A stretch of DNA of 60,689 nucleotides, taken from positions 1 to 60,689 of the forward strand of contig JAYRFB010000118.1 in assembly GCA_041908585.1 (NCBI GenBank). Reading direction: 5' to 3'. This stretch comes from Candidatus Krumholzibacteriia bacterium. GTDB lineage: Bacteria > Krumholzibacteriota > Krumholzibacteriia > LZORAL124-64-63. Below the pieces are notes generated by a model. It did no database searches and was not told the DNA's origin. It was given only the letters and a program-made list of their open reading frames with translations. A program made the position numbers and the translations under genes. Below, piece after piece: positions 15,219-25,215 of this stretch (its first letter is position 1; each line of letters begins with the position of its first letter).

Positions 15219-17687
15219 GTGAAGCTGCCCGAACCGCGCACTCCCGCCGCCCCCTGGCGCAGCCTGCTCGGCGGGTTCGTCCTGCTGCTGGCCGCGGCCC
15301 TGCTGAAGCTCCTGGCCGGGGCGGCGGGCCTGGGCGCCAACCCGGTGCCGCCGGTGCTGATCGCGCTGCTGGTGACGGCCTCGTGGCTGCTGACCGCGCG
15401 CTTCCTCCTGCCTGGCATCCGCTGGCAGCGGCTGTGGACGGTGTCGCTGTTGGCGATGCTCGCGCTGGGCCTGTTCGCCGGCGGCGTCGGCCGCGTGCTG
15501 GGCGTGCTGTGGGCCATCTCGTTCCTGACAGTGCGCCGCTACCGCTGCTGGCGCCGCGTGTCCGACCGTCGCCGCGCCGTGGCGTTCGGGCTGGGCGCCG
15601 TCGCGATCTTCCTGGTCGTGCTGTGCTGGGGCTTCTGGAAGCCGGGCGACGGCGAATCGCCGGCGGCCGTGCGCGGCGTGGGCACCTGGTCCCTCGTCTC
15701 GCTGATGCTGTTCTGGTCGTGGTCGATGTTCCACCTGGCCATGGGCATGCGCCTGCACTTCCTGCGGCTGCGCCCGAAGCTCGCCGTGAGCGCCGTGCTC
15801 ATCGGCGTCGTGCCGCTGCTGCTGGTGGTCGGGCTCGGGCTGATGATCCTCTACACCGGGTTGGGCGGGGCGCGCGCGGCCCGCGCCGAGGCCGCGCTGG
15901 AGGGCTGGCGCCGCCTGGCGGCCGGAGGCGCCGAGCTGGCACCGGCGCTCTTCGACACGGCCTTCTCCTGGCCCGATCCCGACGGCGGCGCGCCGGCCTG
16001 GGCCCCGGAGCTGGCCTCGGCCTTCCAGCGCTCCATGACGGACAGGGCCGCCGGGCGCGATGACGGGGACGACAGCGGCGACGACAGCGGCGACGAGGAG
16101 GCGGAGGGCCAGGATGGCGCGTCCGCCGGCGACTCCGGCCCGGCCGAGAATACGCTCACGGCGGCAGGCGGCGCCGTGCAGGTCTCGGTGCCGGCCGCCG
16201 CCGCCCGCTCGGGTTCGTGGACGGCGCCCGCCGACTCGACGGGCTGGTTCATGGCGGGCGGTCACATCTGGCTGGTCCGCTGGCAGGGCCTCGACACGGC
16301 GCAGCCGCGCGCCCGCGCCTGGCTGCTGGGGCAGCGGCCGCTGACCGAGCTGTCGCGCCAGCTGCGCGCGGGCGTGTTCATCTCCGGCAACGTCGGGCGC
16401 ACCGCGAAGGGCGACTTCGTGATCGGCTTCCAGGACGGCATGGAAGGCCGGGACGCTCCCGCGGAGGCGAGCCGCTTCGCCGGCGTGGAGGCCAGCTACC
16501 GCGACCCGGCCACCACCGGCGCCTGGTTCCCGGATGCCTTCTTCTTCGGCGGCACCTTCCTGCAGCTGGGTGAGCTGCGCGATGGCCGACTGCGCGAGCA
16601 CTCCGCCTTCCTGCGCCTGCGGGTCGGGACGGCGGACCTCAAGGGCGACTTCATCGAGGGCGAGTCCAACCTCAACGTGGCCATCGTCGTCGCGCTGGCG
16701 GTCGTCGCCTTCCTGTTCCTGATCATCGAGTGCTTCGCGCTCTTCTTCGGCGTGCGCATCAGCGAGGGCATCGTCTCGGGCGTGCACGCGCTGCACCGCG
16801 GGACGCGGGCCGTGGCAGCCGGCGACCTGGACGCGGTCATCGCGATCCCCAACGAGGACGAGTTCGGCGACCTCGCCCGCAGCTTCAACGAGATGACGCT
16901 GGCGGTGAAGCACGGTCGCGATCTGGCGCTGGCCAACGAGCGCCTCACGCAGGAGCTGACCACGGCGCGCGCCATCCAGGTGCGGCTGCTGCCGGGCGCG
17001 CAGCCGCAGGTGCCGGGCTTCGAGGTGACCGGCGCCAGCGTGCCCAGCCGCGAGATCGGCGGCGACTACTACGACTTCCTGGCGCACGGCGACGACGCGA
17101 TCGGCATCGCCATCGGCGATGTCTCGGGCAAGGGCATGCCCGCGGCCCTGCTCATGTCGAACCTGCAGGCCAGCCTGCACGGCCAGGTGCTGCACCGCGG
17201 CACGGTGGCCAGCGTCGTGCAGAGGGTGAACGACCTGCTGGTGCGCTCGACCGACCCGCACATGTTCGCCACCTTCTTCTACGGCGTGCTGGAGACGGCC
17301 ACCGGCCGCTTCACCTGCACGAACGCCGGGCACAACCCGCCGCTGGTGCTGCGGCGCGACGGCTCGCTCGAGCGCCTGACCACCGGCGGCCTGCTGCTGG
17401 GCATGGTGGGCGACATGGTCTACCAGCAGGACACGGTCGAGCTGGCCCCCGGCGAGGTCATCGTGATGTACACCGACGGCATCACCGAGGCGGTGTCGCC
17501 CGGCGCCGACGAGGAGGATCCCGAGGCGATGTTCGGCGAGGAACGCCTGTGCGAGGTGCTGCGCCGCAACCGCCACCTGCCCGCCAGCGGGATCCAGGAC
17601 GCCATCCTGGCCGCCGTCGCCGACCATACGCGCGGCGTGGTGCAGGCGGACGACATCACGCTGGTGGTGATCCGCCGCCAGGACTAG
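15219..17687 (+). CDS. Polytopic membrane HAMP-domain PP2C (SpoIIE/RsbU-type) protein phosphatase
   Basis: Lies in the frame of track ORF 14583..17687. AAGGAG at 15202-15207, then GTG at 15210 (2-nt spacer) or 15219 (11-nt spacer); I chose the latter, so the start is uncertain. The N-terminal region has ~8 hydrophobic segments, followed by an acidic low-complexity loop (DDGDDSGDDSGDEEAEG) and a further TM plus HAMP (..GDLDAVIAIPNEDEFGDLARSFNEM). PP2C motifs IGGDYYDF, IAIGDVSGKGMPAALLM and MYTDGITEA. Confidence 0.8.
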   Translation: MKLPEPRTPAAPWRSLLGGFVLLLAAALLKLLAGAAGLGANPVPPVLIALLVTASWLLTARFLLPGIRWQRLWTVSLLAMLALGLFAGGVGRVLGVLWAISFLTVRRYRCWRRVSDRRRAVAFGLGAVAIFLVVLCWGFWKPGDGESPAAVRGVGTWSLVSLMLFWSWSMFHLAMGMRLHFLRLRPKLAVSAVLIGVVPLLLVVGLGLMILYTGLGGARAARAEAALEGWRRLAAGGAELAPALFDTAFSWPDPDGGAPAWAPELASAFQRSMTDRAAGRDDGDDSGDDSGDEEAEGQDGASAGDSGPAENTLTAAGGAVQVSVPAAAARSGSWTAPADSTGWFMAGGHIWLVRWQGLDTAQPRARAWLLGQRPLTELSRQLRAGVFISGNVGRTAKGDFVIGFQDGMEGRDAPAEASRFAGVEASYRDPATTGAWFPDAFFFGGTFLQLGELRDGRLREHSAFLRLRVGTADLKGDFIEGESNLNVAIVVALAVVAFLFLIIECFALFFGVRISEGIVSGVHALHRGTRAVAAGDLDAVIAIPNEDEFGDLARSFNEMTLAVKHGRDLALANERLTQELTTARAIQVRLLPGAQPQVPGFEVTGASVPSREIGGDYYDFLAHGDDAIGIAIGDVSGKGMPAALLMSNLQASLHGQVLHRGTVASVVQRVNDLLVRSTDPHMFATFFYGVLETATGRFTCTNAGHNPPLVLRRDGSLERLTTGGLLLGMVGDMVYQQDTVELAPGEVIVMYTDGITEAVSPGADEEDPEAMFGEERLCEVLRRNRHLPASGIQDAILAAVADHTRGVVQADDITLVVIRRQD
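16068..16091 (+). repeat. In-frame 12-bp tandem duplication (GACGACAGCGGC x2) encoding DDSG-DDSG
   Basis: Perfect copies at 16068-16079 and 16080-16091, inside the acidic loop of the PP2C protein. Confidence 0.85.
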
Positions 17688-17804
17688 TCCTCTTTCCCGT
17701 CCGGTGGCGGGCGGCGGCGGGATTGGGGGTGGCCTGTCCGCGCCCGATGGCGTATCGTTGGTCCCCCGCACGCGTCGTCCGGACACACCGCCCTGGAGTC
17801 GGTC

Positions 17805-19274
17805 ATGCCGCAGTGGTTGCACGAGTTCCTGCCGGTCCTCATCCTGCTCGCCGTCGTCGGCTTCGTGTTCTGGCGGCTGCCGTCGATCGACGTCGGCCAC
17901 GACAAGCGGTACCTCCGGCGCCGCGTCCTGAACTGGCTGCCGCTGGGGCTGACCTACGCCTTCCTCTACATGGGGCGCTACAACCTCAAGGTCAGCCAGT
18001 ACGCGTTCGAGGAGATGGCCGGCCCCGGCGGCGGGCCCCTGATGGGCAACGAGGGGTTCAGCCTGATCTTCATGGTCGGGACCATCGTCTACGGCTTCTC
18101 GTTCATCATCAACGGACCGCTGACCGATCGCCTGGGCGGCCGGGTGGCCATGCTGATCGGCACGGCCGGCGCCACCGCGGTCAACCTGCTGATGGGCCTG
18201 GCCGCACTGTCGCTGGTCAGGCAGGGGCCGCTGTCCGGGATGCTGGCCGACAGCTTCCTGCCCATCTTCTCCGTCCTCTACGCCGCGAACATGTACTTCC
18301 AGAGCTTCGGCGCGGTGGCCATCGTCAAGGTGAACGCACCCTGGTTCCATGTGCGCGAGCGCGGCGTCTTCGGCGCGATCTTCGGCATCCTGATCTCGCT
18401 CGGCATCTACTTCGCCTTCGACATCGGCGACATGATCCTCCGCGGGATGGGCCTGTCCTGGGTCTTCCTGATGCCGGCGCTGCTGCTGGGCATCTTCTGG
18501 GTCATCGACTGGCTGGTCGTGCGCGACTCGCCGGCGCAGGCGGGGCTGGCCGACTTCAACACCGCCGATGCGACGAGCAGCGACACCGGGCCGCCGCTGG
18601 GCGCGGTCGCCGTCTTCCGGAAGATGCTGACCAACCCGATCATCGTGACGATCTCGGTGGTCGAGTTCTGCAGCGGCTTCCTGCGCCAGGCGATCATGCA
18701 GTGGTACGGCTCCTTCGCCAAGCAGACCAACGCCGCCCTGGGCCTGAAGACCAGCTTCGTGAACGAGAACTGGGGCCTGCTGCTGTGCATCGCCGGCATC
18801 CTGGGCGGCGTCGTGGCCGGGTTCATCAGCGACCACGTCTTCCAGTCGCGGCGCGGCCCTGTTGCGGGCTTCCTGTACGCGGTGATGCTGGCGGGCGCCG
18901 TGCTGCTCACGTTCACCTACACGACGCCGATCGTCGGCTGGCTGGTCGTCGTCATGTCGATGGCGGTCATCGGCGTGCACGGCATGCTCTCGGGCACCGC
19001 GAGCATGGACTTCGGCGGCGCCAAGAACGCCGGCATCGCGGTGGGCATCATCGACGGCTTCGTCTACCTTGGCACCGGGGTGATGTCGCTGCTCTACGCG
19101 GTGATCCTGCCGAAGGTCGAGCTGGACCCGTCGGGCAAGCTGGCCGGCCCGGCCACCGACCCGGCCAACTGGCTGGCCTGGCCGGTGTCGATGATCCCCG
19201 TGGCGGCGCTCGGGCTGTTCCTGGCGCTGCGCCTGTGGAACGCCAAGCCTAAGCCGGGCGCCTCCGGCCATTGA
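17805..19274 (+). CDS. MFS transporter, organophosphate:Pi antiporter (GlpT/UhpC)-like
   Basis: ORF 17805..19274 (489 aa), with GGAG 7 nt upstream. About 12 hydrophobic segments. YLRRRVLNWLPLGLTYAFLYMGRYNL, VRDSP and FISDHVFQSRRGP resemble E. coli GlpT as I recall it. Confidence 0.8.
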   Translation: MPQWLHEFLPVLILLAVVGFVFWRLPSIDVGHDKRYLRRRVLNWLPLGLTYAFLYMGRYNLKVSQYAFEEMAGPGGGPLMGNEGFSLIFMVGTIVYGFSFIINGPLTDRLGGRVAMLIGTAGATAVNLLMGLAALSLVRQGPLSGMLADSFLPIFSVLYAANMYFQSFGAVAIVKVNAPWFHVRERGVFGAIFGILISLGIYFAFDIGDMILRGMGLSWVFLMPALLLGIFWVIDWLVVRDSPAQAGLADFNTADATSSDTGPPLGAVAVFRKMLTNPIIVTISVVEFCSGFLRQAIMQWYGSFAKQTNAALGLKTSFVNENWGLLLCIAGILGGVVAGFISDHVFQSRRGPVAGFLYAVMLAGAVLLTFTYTTPIVGWLVVVMSMAVIGVHGMLSGTASMDFGGAKNAGIAVGIIDGFVYLGTGVMSLLYAVILPKVELDPSGKLAGPATDPANWLAWPVSMIPVAALGLFLALRLWNAKPKPGASGH

Positions 19275-21244
19275 GCGCGCCGCGGACGGGGAGACCCGCC
19301 TTGAACCTGACCAGGACCCTGACGGCGGCCGCGGCCTTCGCGGCCGCCGCGCTTGCCGGGGCCGCGCCGGTCCGCTCCCAGGAGGCGCCACCGGCGCCCG
19401 CCCCTTCCTTCCTGGTCGTCGACGGCGACACGCTCTGGCTGGCGCAGCCCCTGGAGATCGTCGGCTCGCGGGTGCCCGCCGCCCTGCCGGGCTTGGTGCG
19501 CCCGGTGCGCGTCGTCGACGCCGACGACCTGGCCCGCGCGCCGGCCCGCTCGGTGGCCGAGGCGCTGCAGGCGGTCCCCGGCGTGATCGTCGGCCAGCGC
19601 CAGCAGCACGGCGTGCAGGGCGACCTGACGGTGCGCGGCTCGACCTTCGACCAGGTGCTGGTGCTGATCGACGGCTTCGCCGCCGGCGACCCGCAGACCG
19701 GCCACCACCTGCTGGACCTGCCCCTGGCGCTGGCGGACGTGGAGCGGCTGGAGGTGCTGCCGGGACACGGCTCGGCGCTGTACGGCGCCGGCGCGTTCGG
19801 CGGCACGCTCAACGTGGCCACGCGCGCGCCCGGCGCCCGCACCGGCGGCGAGGTGGCCGTGGGCGCCGGCGGCGACGGCACCTGGTCCGCGCGCGCGGCG
19901 GCGGACCTGGCGCCGGACGGCGCCGAGGGCCGGCGCGCGCGCGTCTCCGTCGAGCGCTTCGCCACCGACGGCCACGAGGAGACGGCCCCCGACGGTTCGC
20001 GCGCGCCGGCCGGCGCGGACGCGCGCACGACCACCGTCACCTGGCGCGAGGCCGACGAATGGGGTTCGTGGGAGGTCGAGTCGTTCGCCGGGTTTGCCGA
20101 CCGCGCCTTCGGCGCGCGCGACTTCTACGCGCCGTTCCCATCCTTCGAGGCCACGCGCGCGTTCTTCGGCTGGACGCGCGCGCGCGGGCGCGCCACGCCC
20201 TGGCTGACGCTGGAGCCGCGCCTGTCCGTGCGCACCCACCGCGACCGGTTCTGGCTGCGCCGCGACGACCGCGCTTCCTACGAGAACGACCACCTCACGC
20301 GGCGTATCGCCGCCGAGCTGCGCGGGCTGGCGGAGCTGGGCTGCCTGCACAGCCTGGCCTTCGGCGTCGAGGCGGGCTACGAGGACATCGACAGCCGCGG
20401 CGTTCGCGGCGGCGCGCCGGCGACGGCGCTCGGCCGTCACGTGCGGCGCCAGGCGGCGCTCAGCGCCGAGGTCGACCGGCACGGCGAGCGCCTCCGCTGG
20501 CAGGCGGGCCTGCGGCTGGACGGCCGCGAGGGGCTCCCTGCGCGCGGCTCCGGCAGCCTGGCCGCCTCGTGGGCCCTGGCCGGCGGGCTGCTGGCCAGGG
20601 CCGGTGCCGGCACCGCGTTCCGGGTGCCCACCTTCACCGACCTCTACTACGCGGATCCGGCCAACCAGGGCAGCCCCGACCTGCGTCCGGAACGCGGCTG
20701 GTCGTGGGACGCCGGCCTCTGGCACGAGGACGGCACCTGGCGCGTGGGCGCCACCTGGTTCGAGCGCCGCGAACGCGACCGGATCGAGTGGGCGCGCCCG
20801 GTCGGGGACACGATCTGGCGCGTGCTGAACGTCGCGGAGGCGACCGTGCGCGGCGCCGAGGCGGCGGCGGGCTGGCGGCACGCGCGCGGCCACGCGGCCT
20901 CGCTCGCCTGGACGTGGCTGGAGACGCAATCGACGCTCCTGTCCGGGTACGAGGGCAAGTACGCGCTGCTGGCGCCACGGCGCGTCCTGGCGGCGCAGGG
21001 ACGGCTGGTGCTGGGCCGCGGCGTGGCAGCGGGTGCCGCGTTCCGCTACCTGGCGCACGGCGGCGGGCCCGACCCGTTCCGCCACCAGGCCTCGCTGGAC
21101 CTCCGCGCGGACTGGGAGGCGCCCGGCGGGCGCTGGTTCGTCGGCGTCGTGCTGACCAATGCCCTCGACCGCGCGCGCGAGGAGGTTCCCGGGGTCTCGC
21201 TGCCGGGCCGGCTCCTGACCACCACGCTGGGGCGTCGCTTCTGA
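19271..21244 (+). CDS. TonB-dependent outer-membrane receptor (small, BtuB-sized)
   Basis: TTG start at 19271 overlaps the MFS stop (TTGA). Signal peptide ...AAAFAAAALAGAAPVRSQ. Plug motifs ARSVAEALQAVPGV, DLTVRGSTFDQVLVLIDG and VERLEVLPGHGSALYGAGAFGGTLNV. The C-terminal residue is Phe (...TLGRRF). Confidence 0.85.
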   Translation: MSAPRTGRPALNLTRTLTAAAAFAAAALAGAAPVRSQEAPPAPAPSFLVVDGDTLWLAQPLEIVGSRVPAALPGLVRPVRVVDADDLARAPARSVAEALQAVPGVIVGQRQQHGVQGDLTVRGSTFDQVLVLIDGFAAGDPQTGHHLLDLPLALADVERLEVLPGHGSALYGAGAFGGTLNVATRAPGARTGGEVAVGAGGDGTWSARAAADLAPDGAEGRRARVSVERFATDGHEETAPDGSRAPAGADARTTTVTWREADEWGSWEVESFAGFADRAFGARDFYAPFPSFEATRAFFGWTRARGRATPWLTLEPRLSVRTHRDRFWLRRDDRASYENDHLTRRIAAELRGLAELGCLHSLAFGVEAGYEDIDSRGVRGGAPATALGRHVRRQAALSAEVDRHGERLRWQAGLRLDGREGLPARGSGSLAASWALAGGLLARAGAGTAFRVPTFTDLYYADPANQGSPDLRPERGWSWDAGLWHEDGTWRVGATWFERRERDRIEWARPVGDTIWRVLNVAEATVRGAEAAAGWRHARGHAASLAWTWLETQSTLLSGYEGKYALLAPRRVLAAQGRLVLGRGVAAGAAFRYLAHGGGPDPFRHQASLDLRADWEAPGGRWFVGVVLTNALDRAREEVPGVSLPGRLLTTTLGRRF

Positions 21245-21345
21245 GCGGCGGTCGCGGCAGCCCGTTCCTATCATGGCGGGCACCTGCCGGCCGCTGACCG
21301 GCTTCGTTTCGTCACGGACACCGGCGAGGATGACCAGGACACCCG

Positions 21346-23640
21346 ATGGACCGCTGGCTGCCGAGCCCCGATGAACTGCTAGACGCGATGGCCGGCGCGC
21401 CGGACGGCCTGTGCGTGACCGACCTGTGCGGGCGGATCCTATTCGTCAATCACGCCTTCACCGGGTTCTGCTGCCTGGAGGCACACCTGCTGGGCGGGCG
21501 CCTGCTGGCATCCCTGCTGGCGGCCGGCCCGGAACCGGGGCTCGACGAGGTCCTGCGCCGCGTGCCGGCGGAGGGTTCGGCCACCTACGAAGCCAGCCTG
21601 ATCGACCGCGAGGGCCGCGCGCGCCGGGTCGGCGTCACCGCCCGCCTGTGCGGTCGCGGCGCGCGGGGCGCCGTCATCCATCTCATGCGTGACATCACCC
21701 GCGAGAAGCGGGCCGAGGAGGACCTGCGCGAGTCGCGCCAGCTCCTGCAGTCGGTGGTGACGCAGTCGCCCACGGCGATCATCGGCTGGGACACCCGCTT
21801 CCGGGTCACCGAATGGAACCACGCCGCTGCCCGCATGTTCGGCTGGGAGAAGCACGAGGCGCTCGGCCGCCACGCCCGCTTCATCGTCCCGGCCGAGTCG
21901 CGCGACCAGGTCGAGGCGGTCTGGCGCTCGCTGCTGGGGGCCGGCGGCGGCCGGCGTTCGACCAACGACAACCAGCGCCGCGACGGCCGCGTCATCCGCT
22001 GCGAGTGGTACAACGTGCCGCTCTACGACGACGCGGGCCGCGTGACAGGCGTCATGTCGCTGGTGGAGGACGTGACCGAGAAGCAGCGACTGCAGCAGGA
22101 CCGCGAGATCCTCACGCGTGCCATCGACCAGTCCGACGATGCCTTCGTGATGACCGACCGCCAGGGCACCATCCTCTACGTGAACCAGGCCTTCGAGCGC
22201 ATGACGGGCTACGCCCTGCGCGACGTGATCGGGCGCAACCCCCGCCTGATGCAGAGCGGCCTGCACACCAGCGCGTTCTACGAGGAAATGTGGACCACCA
22301 TCCTGGCGGGACGCACCTGGCGCGGAGATCTGGTCAACCGGCGCAAGGACGGCACGCTCTACACCGAGAACATGACGATCACGGCCGTCTTCGACGCGGG
22401 CGGCAGCATCACCAATTTCGTGGCGGCCAAGCGCGACGTGACGCGGCTGCGCGAGCTCGACGAGCGCTCGCGCCAGAGCCAGAAGATGGAGGCGATCGGG
22501 CGGCTGGCCGGGGGCATCGCGCACGACTTCAACAACATGCTCAACGTCATCATCGGCTATGCGGAGATGGCCGCCGACGCTCTGCCGCCGGAGCACCCGG
22601 TCACGGCCGACATCCGGGAGATCGAGCGCGCCGCGCAACGCTCTGCAGACCTCACGCGCCAGTTGCTGACCTTCTCGCGCAAGCAGGTCATCGAGCCGCG
22701 CCCGATCTGCCTGAACGAGAGCGTGGCCGACCTGGCCAAGACCCTCGGCCGCCTGATCGGCGAGCACATCGCGCTGGAGTTCCATCCGCAGCCGGGCCTG
22801 TGGCGCGTGATGATCGACCCGGCGCAGGTGGACCAGATCCTGGCCAACCTGGCGGCCAACGCCCGCGACGCCATGCCCCGCGGCGGGCATTTGGTCATCC
22901 GCACCGGCAACGTCGTCGCGGATGAGGCCCTCTGCGAGGAGCACCTGGGCCTGGAGCCCGGGGACTATGTCATGCTGAGCGTCAGCGACGACGGCCTGGG
23001 CATGGACGAGCAGACCGCCCGCCACATCTTCGAGCCGTTCTACACGACGAAGGTCGCCGGCAAGGGAACCGGCCTGGGCCTGGCCACGGTCAAGGGCATC
23101 GTCGACCAGAACGGCGGCCACATCGACCTGGAAAGCGCCCCGGGCCGCGGCACCCTGTTCCGCATCCTGCTGCCGCGCACCGAGCGGGTGGCGACGCCGG
23201 CGGACGCGGGGGACGACGCGCCGGCCGTGGCGCATGGGGGCACCGTGCTGCTGGTCGAGGATGACGATCGCCTTCGCGAGCTGACCGGCGCCATCCTGGC
23301 CAAGTTGGGCTTCACGGTCCTGTCGGCGGCAACGCCGCTGGCCGCGCTGCAGGTCTACCAGAAGAACCCGTCGGCCTTCCGGCTGCTGGTCACGGACATC
23401 GTCATGCCGGGCATGAACGGGCGCGAGCTGCACGAGTGCCTCGACGAGATCCGGCCCGGCCTGCGGGCCGTCTTCATGTCCGGCTACGCGGAGCAGGGCA
23501 TCATCGATCCCGTCCAATTGCGGCCGGGGCTGGCCTTCCTGCCCAAGCCCTTCCACAGGGCCGATCTCGAGAGGGCCGTGAAGGTGGCGCTCGGCGCCGT
23601 GATCGCCGATCCCCCGGAGCTGACCGCCGGCGGCGACTGA
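21346..23640 (+). CDS. Hybrid sensor histidine kinase/response regulator with three PAS domains
   Basis: ORF 21346..23640 (764 aa). PAS-like blocks (..GRILFVNHAF.., ..VTEWNHAAARMFGW.., ..GTILYVNQAFERMTGY..). H-box IAHDFNNMLNVIIGY, N-box ANLAANARDAM, G-boxes DDGLGM and GKGTGLGLA. Receiver domain: LLVEDDD, TDIVMPGMNG, PKPF. Confidence 0.9.
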   Translation: MDRWLPSPDELLDAMAGAPDGLCVTDLCGRILFVNHAFTGFCCLEAHLLGGRLLASLLAAGPEPGLDEVLRRVPAEGSATYEASLIDREGRARRVGVTARLCGRGARGAVIHLMRDITREKRAEEDLRESRQLLQSVVTQSPTAIIGWDTRFRVTEWNHAAARMFGWEKHEALGRHARFIVPAESRDQVEAVWRSLLGAGGGRRSTNDNQRRDGRVIRCEWYNVPLYDDAGRVTGVMSLVEDVTEKQRLQQDREILTRAIDQSDDAFVMTDRQGTILYVNQAFERMTGYALRDVIGRNPRLMQSGLHTSAFYEEMWTTILAGRTWRGDLVNRRKDGTLYTENMTITAVFDAGGSITNFVAAKRDVTRLRELDERSRQSQKMEAIGRLAGGIAHDFNNMLNVIIGYAEMAADALPPEHPVTADIREIERAAQRSADLTRQLLTFSRKQVIEPRPICLNESVADLAKTLGRLIGEHIALEFHPQPGLWRVMIDPAQVDQILANLAANARDAMPRGGHLVIRTGNVVADEALCEEHLGLEPGDYVMLSVSDDGLGMDEQTARHIFEPFYTTKVAGKGTGLGLATVKGIVDQNGGHIDLESAPGRGTLFRILLPRTERVATPADAGDDAPAVAHGGTVLLVEDDDRLRELTGAILAKLGFTVLSAATPLAALQVYQKNPSAFRLLVTDIVMPGMNGRELHECLDEIRPGLRAVFMSGYAEQGIIDPVQLRPGLAFLPKPFHRADLERAVKVALGAVIADPPELTAGGD

Positions 23641-23687
23641 TTCCGGCCGCGCGGCGACCGTCGGGCTGGCGGCGCGGCGGTGCCTGC

Positions 23688-25103
23688 TCAGCCGAAGATG
23701 CGCGCGTGCTGCCAACGGCCCGACGCGAAGCGGCGCCAGAGGAACAGGCCCTGCAGCAGGTAGCACAGGCTGGCGCCCAGCCAGGCCGCCACGACGTCGC
23801 CCCCGCGCCCGACGACCAGGTACCAGGTCAGCGGGATGAACAGCCCCCACATCAGGATGGCCGTGACGATCATCGCGTAGCGCGTGTCTCCGGCGCCCTG
23901 CAGGATGCCGCTGCTGAGCATCCGCACGCCGTCGAAGTACTGGAAGACCGCCGCGGCCAGGGCCAGCGCCGGGCCCAGGACGAGCACCGCGGGATCCTCG
24001 CTGAAGATGCCGAACAGCCTCTCGCGCAGCAGCACCATTGCCAGGGCCAGCAGCAGCGAGTAGTAGGTGCCCAGCTTGTAGACCTGGCGTCCGTAGTGGG
24101 CCGCGCGGTCTGGCCGGCCGGCGCCCAGCGCGTTGCCCACGAGCACGCCCGCGGCCATGGTCAGGCCCCACAGCGGCATGAACGAGAACGAAAGCAGCTG
24201 GATCGTGATCTGGCTGGCCGCCAGCTGCACGGCGCCGGCGGTGCCTACGAACACCGAGAACATCACGAAGCCGCCCATGTCCACGAAGTTCTCGCCGGCG
24301 GCCGGGCTGCCGACGCGCACCAGGCGGGCCAGGGCATGCCTGTCCGGCCGCCGTGCCCGGTGGATCCGGTAGCGGGCGCGCAGGCGCGGCGCCATCGCGA
24401 AGCCGACCAGCGCCAGGGCGTTGACCGCGGTGCCGATGCTCGTGGCGATCGAGGCGCCCTGGATGCCCAACGGCGGCATCGCCAGCCAGGTCACGCCGCC
24501 CACCCGAATCCCTTCCCAGCCGAAGATGAGCCAGACGTCCAGCACGACGTTGACGACATTGCCGGCGATGCCGCACCACATGGGCACGCGGACGTCGCGC
24601 CGCCCCGCGAAGAAGCCGGTCACGGCGAACGAGACCTGCGTGGCCACCGCGCTGAGGCTCCGCCAGCGGATGTAGGTGTAGGTGAGCTCCTGGACCTCCG
24701 CCGGGTTGCGCGTCCAGGGCAGGACCAGGTAGCTGTACCAGCCGGCCGCCGTCAGCAGGATGCCGGTCGCCAGCGCGATGTAGAGCCCCTGCCAGGCATA
24801 GTGGCCGACCAGCTGGTCGTCGCCGGCGCCGTGCGCCTGCGCCACGAAGGTGCCGCCGATCCGGCTCAGGTTGTTGAACAGCGAGTACCCGCACCAGGTG
24901 ATCATGCCGCCCAGCCCCGCGGCCGCCAGCGACGCCGAATCGACACGCCCGAGCAACGCCGTGTCCACGGTCCACATCATCGTCTGCGAGAGCATCGTCA
25001 GGATGTTCGGCAGGGCCAGCGCCATGATCTCGCGGCCGTCGTGGACGCGTGCCAAGGCCAGCGCGTGGCGCGCAACGGGAGCAGTGCCGGTCCGGTCTTC
25101 CAC
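23688..25103 (-). CDS. MATE-family efflux transporter
   Basis: ORF 23688..25103 (471 aa). 12-TM profile, with N-terminal REIMALALPNILTMLSQTMMWTVDTALLGRV typical of NorM/DinF-type MATE proteins. Confidence 0.85.
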   Translation of the reverse strand: MEDRTGTAPVARHALALARVHDGREIMALALPNILTMLSQTMMWTVDTALLGRVDSASLAAAGLGGMITWCGYSLFNNLSRIGGTFVAQAHGAGDDQLVGHYAWQGLYIALATGILLTAAGWYSYLVLPWTRNPAEVQELTYTYIRWRSLSAVATQVSFAVTGFFAGRRDVRVPMWCGIAGNVVNVVLDVWLIFGWEGIRVGGVTWLAMPPLGIQGASIATSIGTAVNALALVGFAMAPRLRARYRIHRARRPDRHALARLVRVGSPAAGENFVDMGGFVMFSVFVGTAGAVQLAASQITIQLLSFSFMPLWGLTMAAGVLVGNALGAGRPDRAAHYGRQVYKLGTYYSLLLALAMVLLRERLFGIFSEDPAVLVLGPALALAAAVFQYFDGVRMLSSGILQGAGDTRYAMIVTAILMWGLFIPLTWYLVVGRGGDVVAAWLGASLCYLLQGLFLWRRFASGRWQHARIFG

Positions 25104-25215
25104 GGGATTCCTCGGGGCGGGGGCTTGCCAACCTGACGCGGTAATCTAAGATGGGATCGACGCCGATCCAAGCGAACAGCCCGCGCCCCTGCCGGCGCAC
25201 CGACCGGAGTCCACG

